Shown here piece after piece: positions 57,640 to 64,000 of a DNA stretch of 64,000 nt (positions within the stretch are counted from its first letter, which is position 1; each line of letters begins with the position of its first letter). Origin of the DNA: Leptogorgia sarmentosa (taxonomy: Eukaryota); contig OZ210885.1 in NCBI GenBank assembly GCA_964658305.1, positions 9,052,001-9,116,000 of the forward strand. Reading direction: 5' to 3'. The notes beneath the pieces were generated by a model that was not told the origin of the DNA, searched no databases, and saw only the letters and a program-made list of their open reading frames with translations. A program made the position numbers and the translations under genes.

Positions 57640-60600
57640 TAAAGGTCAGTTCTAATATTTTTATGAAAATTGGGACCCCTCGAATATGTTGGCAATTTTG
57701 TAAAACACCTTTCGCCCCAGCACATCTTTACAACATTTGATTGAAGAATGTGCTCCACCAATGGGAAGAGTCCAGAACACATTCTTTCAACAACGCTGCG
57801 CACAGTTGTTAACAGTGAAAACATCCTAATATCTCACTGATTTCTGTAGTTCCAGAAACGTTGTTAAGGTCTAATTGTTGATCTATCAACAGTAAACAAT
57901 GTTGGATATGAACCGTAAGCAATACGTACATGTACATGTACATGTAAACTTGCATGGGTTTAGCGTGGTGTATTTTCGTAATGACATCTACACTGCACTT
58001 ACAGGTACAAAACATGAATAAATCTTGCATACAGGGTGTATAAAACAAGTACGATCCTACAATCGCACTACCGCGATCAGGTATTGTAACGTTCAATGGC
58101 GTAGGCGTAAGAGCGCACTTTTTTTTCGCGGGGGGGGGGAGTTTGGAACTTTTCTACTAGAGTGAAGCAAAGCATCATTGGGCGAGCCTTGAAGCCATTG
58201 AATAGCAGTGAGGTTTCCGAGATTATAGCGCGGCAAACATTGTCATAAACATAAGGCCTACATGTGACAGTACGCATAGTCAAACTGGAATTTTATTAAA
58301 ACTTTTTTCAACCATTAGTACGTTATCAGCGTTAACAAAAAGAATTAAAGCTGAAAAATAGTAGAAAGCTTCTGACATGGGAAAATTTTGCTATACGTTT
58401 TGTTAATTAACAACCATCTCAAATACGTGAGAAACTTCCTATTTAATCCCGATTGTAGCAATTCAAGTCTACTGTCATTTCGTTGTTAGCTTTACACATA
58501 GTGGAAGTTCCCTTAGCTAATATGCACAAGTGAATGAAAGCGTACGAATAATCTCATTAACTGAGCGATAAACTCCCCTCTAGTCACATAAGCTCTGTTG
58601 TTGATTGGTGGAGACGACAAAATATGAATTTTCGTCAGTCAGACGTATGTGATAATGACATGCTGTTCGAAAACAAACATACTTGTGCAACGATATGCGT
58701 AAAACAGGCTTGCTGATTGCTTGGTTGAGAACAGCATATTAGAATTTTATTCCATTGATTATAAGTAATATATCATTCTATTGTCTATCGTAGAGACTGT
58801 ACTGTATATGCCGTACACACATGAGTATATAATTAATGTCAAATCGTCATCTGAAGAGTAGCTTTATAATAATTCATACATACAGATCTACAGTACAAGT
58901 CAAGTATCAGAATTAGCCTGCGGTACATGCACGAGAGCTATCAGCTGAGCAAAAAGTTACTAGTGCCTGTTAGCTCAGCCGATAGTCGAAATATAGAATT
59001 GTCAAACAATATACAGGACGGGAAAAAGTTGCATGGTACAATCGTAGAAACTATTGAGCATACGATGCAGATCGAACATCCAAAATTTTATTCGCGGTAT
59101 AGCAACGACTGTTTTCTAGCTTGTCCATTCCTTCGCTTTCTTCGTTCATTGTGTAAAAAACATCATATTAACTGTGCACAGCAAATTCCTGTCGACTAAG
59201 TAAGATTCATGCCACACAGCACGCGAAATCAGACTACTGTACGCAAGATTATTGAATTAAAAGCCTTTAAAGCATTAAACATGCGAATATAAGCCAACCG
59301 AAAGTTCTATGCGTAGTCACTAAAGTTACGAGACATGCTGACATCGCAATACACAAAATGTAAAAAGTCATGTAATAAAGTCAAATGCAAAAGATCAAGA
59401 CATGCGCACAAAGTGCCTGCACTCGTGACAAAAACAACTGAAGGAACAAACTGCATGGTATACGTATGTATGTCACGTACGTGTAGGACAACGTCGAAAA
59501 AAGTTTTTCACGGCAGGAACGTCGCCAGGGAGGGGAATGAGGGGGGGGGGGGGGACGAGTCCACCCAGTTATTTTATTTTTGTTCTAAATCTGAAGTCAA
59601 AAGTGGACGGGGGTTAGATTATCCAGAATGCTATTTCATATCAGTATATAGAAACATTGGAGATAATCGATTAGGTAAGACAGAGAGTTACCTTTGTTAT
59701 ATACTCGAATGCGTGACCAGTTATTATTTAACAATAGGTGCTTAGCAGCTTTTACGGTCTTTGTTGGAACAAAAGTGCGATATGTGGCTTTTAGATTATC
59801 AATATACCCCCCTGAAAATGCTAAAAACAGCGTTTTAGAGGTCCCAGTATTTGGGGTATGCCCCCAAATCACTCTGGAAATATCACGTCCTCGATGCTCA
59901 TCGTCCCCTGTTTCACGGTATGACCACGAAAAGAGGAGCGCACCCCCAATAAATTTACCCAACTGTTTCGCGAACTACCTCAACCCTCTAATTTTCCCTT
60001 TTGTTATGCAGAGAAAAAAAGGGCGGGGCTTATTGCCGCTGTCGTTCCATGCTGACAGAAATGAGACAGAGGGCTGGGGTTTGCATGTGAAAAATGCTAT
60101 GACTACCACAATTAAAAAATCTGGCCATAGGTTTGTTTACATTGTTGGCACTAACTGCATGACAACGCTTGCCAAATCTTCTCCTTAACTTTCTTCCAGT
60201 TTTCCCATATACAGTAAATGTAATGGGGAAATTTAATATAGTATGATTTGCATTTTTCATTTACAAGTATACGAACAGGCTAAACGCAATAAAGGGCCTT
60301 TGCTCGAAACGTTGAATCTTTTAGGCAGTGAGTACAACTTCTCCTGGTTGCGAATGTAGTTAATATTATATTATTACGACTAATATCATTGTTGTCAATT
60401 TCCTGGACGCTGATTGGCTAAAAAGCTTCAACAACTGTGCAAATTAAACTTTAATTTTCACAGTGTGCAAATGTGGCATTCTTGAACGGTATCCTTTCGA
60501 TTTGTATATGCGTGGATTATACAGTCTTCCTATATTCTTGCTAGCATATTATAACCCAGCAAAAAATTGAGGAAGCTACAGCCCACTCTGGGCCATGGGC

Positions 60601-63600
60601 TCTGCTGCGCTTGTAGAAAATAGTTGGAATTTCTCGTATGACATTTTTAAAGACCTTGTATTCTACTCTACATTGCAAAGGCATAGGAAAATATCCGCGA
60701 GTACACGCAGTCTGCATTCCGCAGTAATCGCATTGGCCGAGTCAAGCTAGGAATGTTACATTTCGATCGAAATATTTTTAATACAGCAAATATCGTTTTG
60801 TGTCATAACGTACAGTCTTTACCGTGTAAAAGTACGAAACATAAAAGCGTAAAGATTTTTGTTCCATAATAATGATCTTCTATGAATTTAATTGAGAAGA
60901 AGAAAGCTTGGTGAACCCATGAGTAAACTCACTAAATTGCAATCCATCTTGATATACTTTAGGTCATATCAATTAATTATTCACATTTTCTGATGCCATA
61001 CAATTTTATTTGTCAAATGGAAACCACTTTCTTGCTTCCTCATCCTAACTTAATGTGAAACAAATTTCATACGCAGATCTTGATCAACGTATTTTTCAAG
61101 TTAAATCCTCACTACAATATCTCTTGATTGGCAAGCTAAAACATTACATCTGTCAAATATCTGTCTCAACGCGTCTTTGCGCACAATAGCTAATCTCAAT
61201 GGCTTTGAAGGTCAAGTATGCTTGACCTATTGTGGCTACGATCTTTTCAGTGATGTGAGATAAAGCAAAACAGAAAAACGATGTAATAAATGTTTTGGTG
61301 ATTGTAATAAATGTAGTGGTGTCCAAAAGAATGAGGCCGTAGCTGTTATGGAAAATTCGCATTGCAAACATTTCTTTGAAGCCGCGACACATATCAAATA
61401 TGATATTTGATATGAATTGTGTTTATAATGTGCTAGACTGACACAGCGAGCTTAGCAACCGAAATGTTTTGAATTGTATGAAGCGAATAAAACGTCTTTA
61501 AGGCAACATGAATGCTCACCTCAATAGCTGCACTTATGGATGGAAAATAACCACTCATTCAATGTCGTCTATCAATCACGTTATTCATTTATAAGTGGAA
61601 CTGCTAAATCTTCTAGTCTGGCTCATTTCCTAAGCCTACCTCGACGTCCATAAGTCCATAAAGTTCTGCGTTTATGTATCGCAGCTTTTCAAACACTGAT
61701 ATACGTCTGCGTTGTGCATATATTAATTTATCAAATTTACAGGCATTTCTCAGTAATTTAATTCATCATTCGAACCAACGTCCAACGTCACTATAAAATA
61801 TAATCCAATGTTTTAAAATTTGATACACTCGGGTGTCTTAGCACACAGCCCACTTCGTTCCTTCTTGAGATGGTAACTTCGAAACCGTAAAAATATAGCA
61901 TGCTGCTCAAGTTCAGTGACCTGGTCTGGCAGAAACATTATCTATATGTACATTTACTATAAATCTGTGTATAGTAAATCTATGAGTCTATAAATCAGGA
62001 TCAAGACCTTTCGGTGATTTCAACGAACAAAGGCAACTGATACTTGTAGGTGAATCTGCAGATATCTCACATCATAACAGTGAGAATATTTCAGCGCATA
62101 TTATGAAATTTCACACTAATAATCAGTCACTATATCAGTGCATTACATAGGAGCGATATGTAAAAATTATGTTAGGTTAACCTTTTCAGTTTTAAAACCT
62201 ACAATATTTTTGCAAATACTTCCAAATCATTCTGAGTCATGTCTCGTATTGCATATTTCAATAAATATGAGTAGACCTTGTCTGTGCTTTTGCCTTGTTT
62301 TATGGTTATGCAAGCTATAACAATAACATGTGTAGGTATAGCATTATATAACACGCTGAAACGGGAAATATTCAATTCGAATCCGTGCGCCATTATACAT
62401 TTATCCATCTTAGAATAATTCACATTTCTCGTATTGTATAGCATATTTGAAGATCATTTTGCACCGCATTCCAAAGGCATTTGCGAGTGTACACAGTCTG
62501 CATTCCACAATAATCGCGTTGGCTAATTGACACTAGAAATATGATGTTTGTTACCTTTATTTGAGTACGTCTATCGCAACATTTTGAATAAATCTTTTCT
62601 TGTGCTATATCGTACGGTCTTTACGTTCAAAGTACTAAACATAAAAGTGTAAAGACTTCGGATCCCTAATAGATAATCTTCTTTTAGTTTCAAAACGAAA
62701 GCGAAAATAAACATTAGGCCGTACGTATGCCGAGAGCAGTGCGACAAAATATTGAAACCTGACACGTTAAAAATACATGACATGTTGCTTGGGAAACAAA
62801 TAAAACTTCAATCAAGAGTATCGAAAGGGGGTTAACATACGCAGTTTAATTCCCTCACAGTTGACTATGGCCTCTTTCTACTACGTACGACTTGTGTTAA
62901 TTATAAATTGCATTGCACATCAATTTGCATGGTCTGTTATAATTTAGTTGGTGTAACTGTAAAATTATGACTTAAAGCATTTAAAAATTAGTAATAGATA
63001 CCATATAGTGCCATAGATTAACTCGGAATAAAAATAGGTGCGGAAATCTAGCTATAAAATAGTAAACCAGAATATATCGCCAATCTCTCAACGCCTCTCG
63101 TGAATACCGCTGGGTTACATTAGTGCATGATGAAAATGTTTATTGGTACTGAAGCAGATAACCTTGATTGTCAATGCTTGAACTCATTAATTCCAATCCA
63201 TGTACCTTATTATTTTACTCTGATGTCAGATGATATTACGTACTGACAAAAAGAAAGCGATGCTTATCAAATGACTTACCCATTCAATTGAAAATACACC
63301 TTGATCAGTACTACTTTATCTTTGGACACATTGTAATGCCAGACAATTCATATTTCATTTGACAAGCGAAAACCACTGTGTTTCTAACGAGTTAGCAAAA
63401 AAAGTCCTCCAGAATGCTCAGTTAGAGCATTAAACTGCAATATGGCCCGATACACCCTTCTCAATCAACCAATAACTGATGGCGCAATCTTAACTCCTGA
63501 GCTAACCTTTATGCAAGCACTTGATTAGCAACAATCTATCCAGTATAAATACTGTCAGATTGGTCAGGCAGGAGCAGTGCTTGTAATAGACAGATTACTA

Positions 63601-63683
63601 ATCATGTAATGTAGCACTGGAACTGCCATAGGCTATTTTCTTATCCATGGTGATCGACGACTGTGCTTATCACAGGAAACTTA

Positions 63684-64000
63684 GGGCTATCTGTAAAACC
63701 CGGAACGGGGAATCAGGGAACGGAACGAGGAACGGAACGAGGAAGAGGAAAACCCGGAACATGAAAAGCCGGAATCTGTAAAACCCGGAACATGAAAAGC
63801 CGGAATCTGTAAAACCCGGAACATGAAAAGCCGGAATCTGTAAAACCCGGAACATGAAAAGCCGGAATCTGTAAAACCCGGAACGAGAAAAGCCGGTATC
63901 TGTAAAACCCGGAACATGAAAAGCCGGAATCTGTAAAACCCGGAACATGAAAAGCCGGCTTTTCATGTTCCGGGTTTTACAGATTCCGGCTTTTCTCGTT
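63684..64000. repeat. Foldback element built from a 31-bp minisatellite (runs off the window end)
   Basis: Unit aaaacccggaacatgaaaagccggaatctgt, about 6.5 copies, then inverted about 63956/63957. Starts TTA|GGGCTA (Harbinger-like end). Confidence 0.8.

Noticed and set aside
59692..59760. Possible non-coding first exon of the host gene (donor AAAG|gtaac at 59691)
   Set aside because: A donor-like motif alone is insufficient without transcript data.
63670..63966. ORFs of 98 and 76 aa, or a CRISPR-like array
   Set aside because: Translations of a 31-bp tandem repeat; no unique spacers; eukaryotic context.

Overview
Eukaryotic (animal; probably cnidarian/anthozoan, inferred from repeat types and gene architecture), AT-rich, intron- and transposon-rich DNA. 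One host gene dominates the window, on the minus strand from 56496 to 4420. I joined 16 coding exons by hand; all junctions are GT-AG with compatible phases, giving 5178 nt or about 1725 aa with no internal stop. The predicted protein is an Apaf-1-like STAND NTPase whose N-terminus is a DZIP3/hRUL138-type HEPN domain with an intact R-x4-H RNase motif instead of a CARD. The order is HEPN, short coiled coil, NB-ARC, winged-helix/HD2, then about 930 aa of WD40 repeats. The introns hold two very young full-length LTR retrotransposons. A 4.0-kb Ty3/Gypsy element has apparently identical LTRs, no tRNA PBS, a 17-nt sequence at the PBS position complementary to its own LTR, and a YLDN RT motif. A 6.6-kb BEL/Pao element has a tRNA-Tyr PBS and sits 10 nt from a splice donor. 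Also present: two deleted Kolobok-type THAP transposons, Helentron-like non-autonomous elements, and many Harbinger-, hAT-, Tc1-, CACTA- and MULE-like MITEs, several nested. All calls come from reading the sequence; no searches were run.
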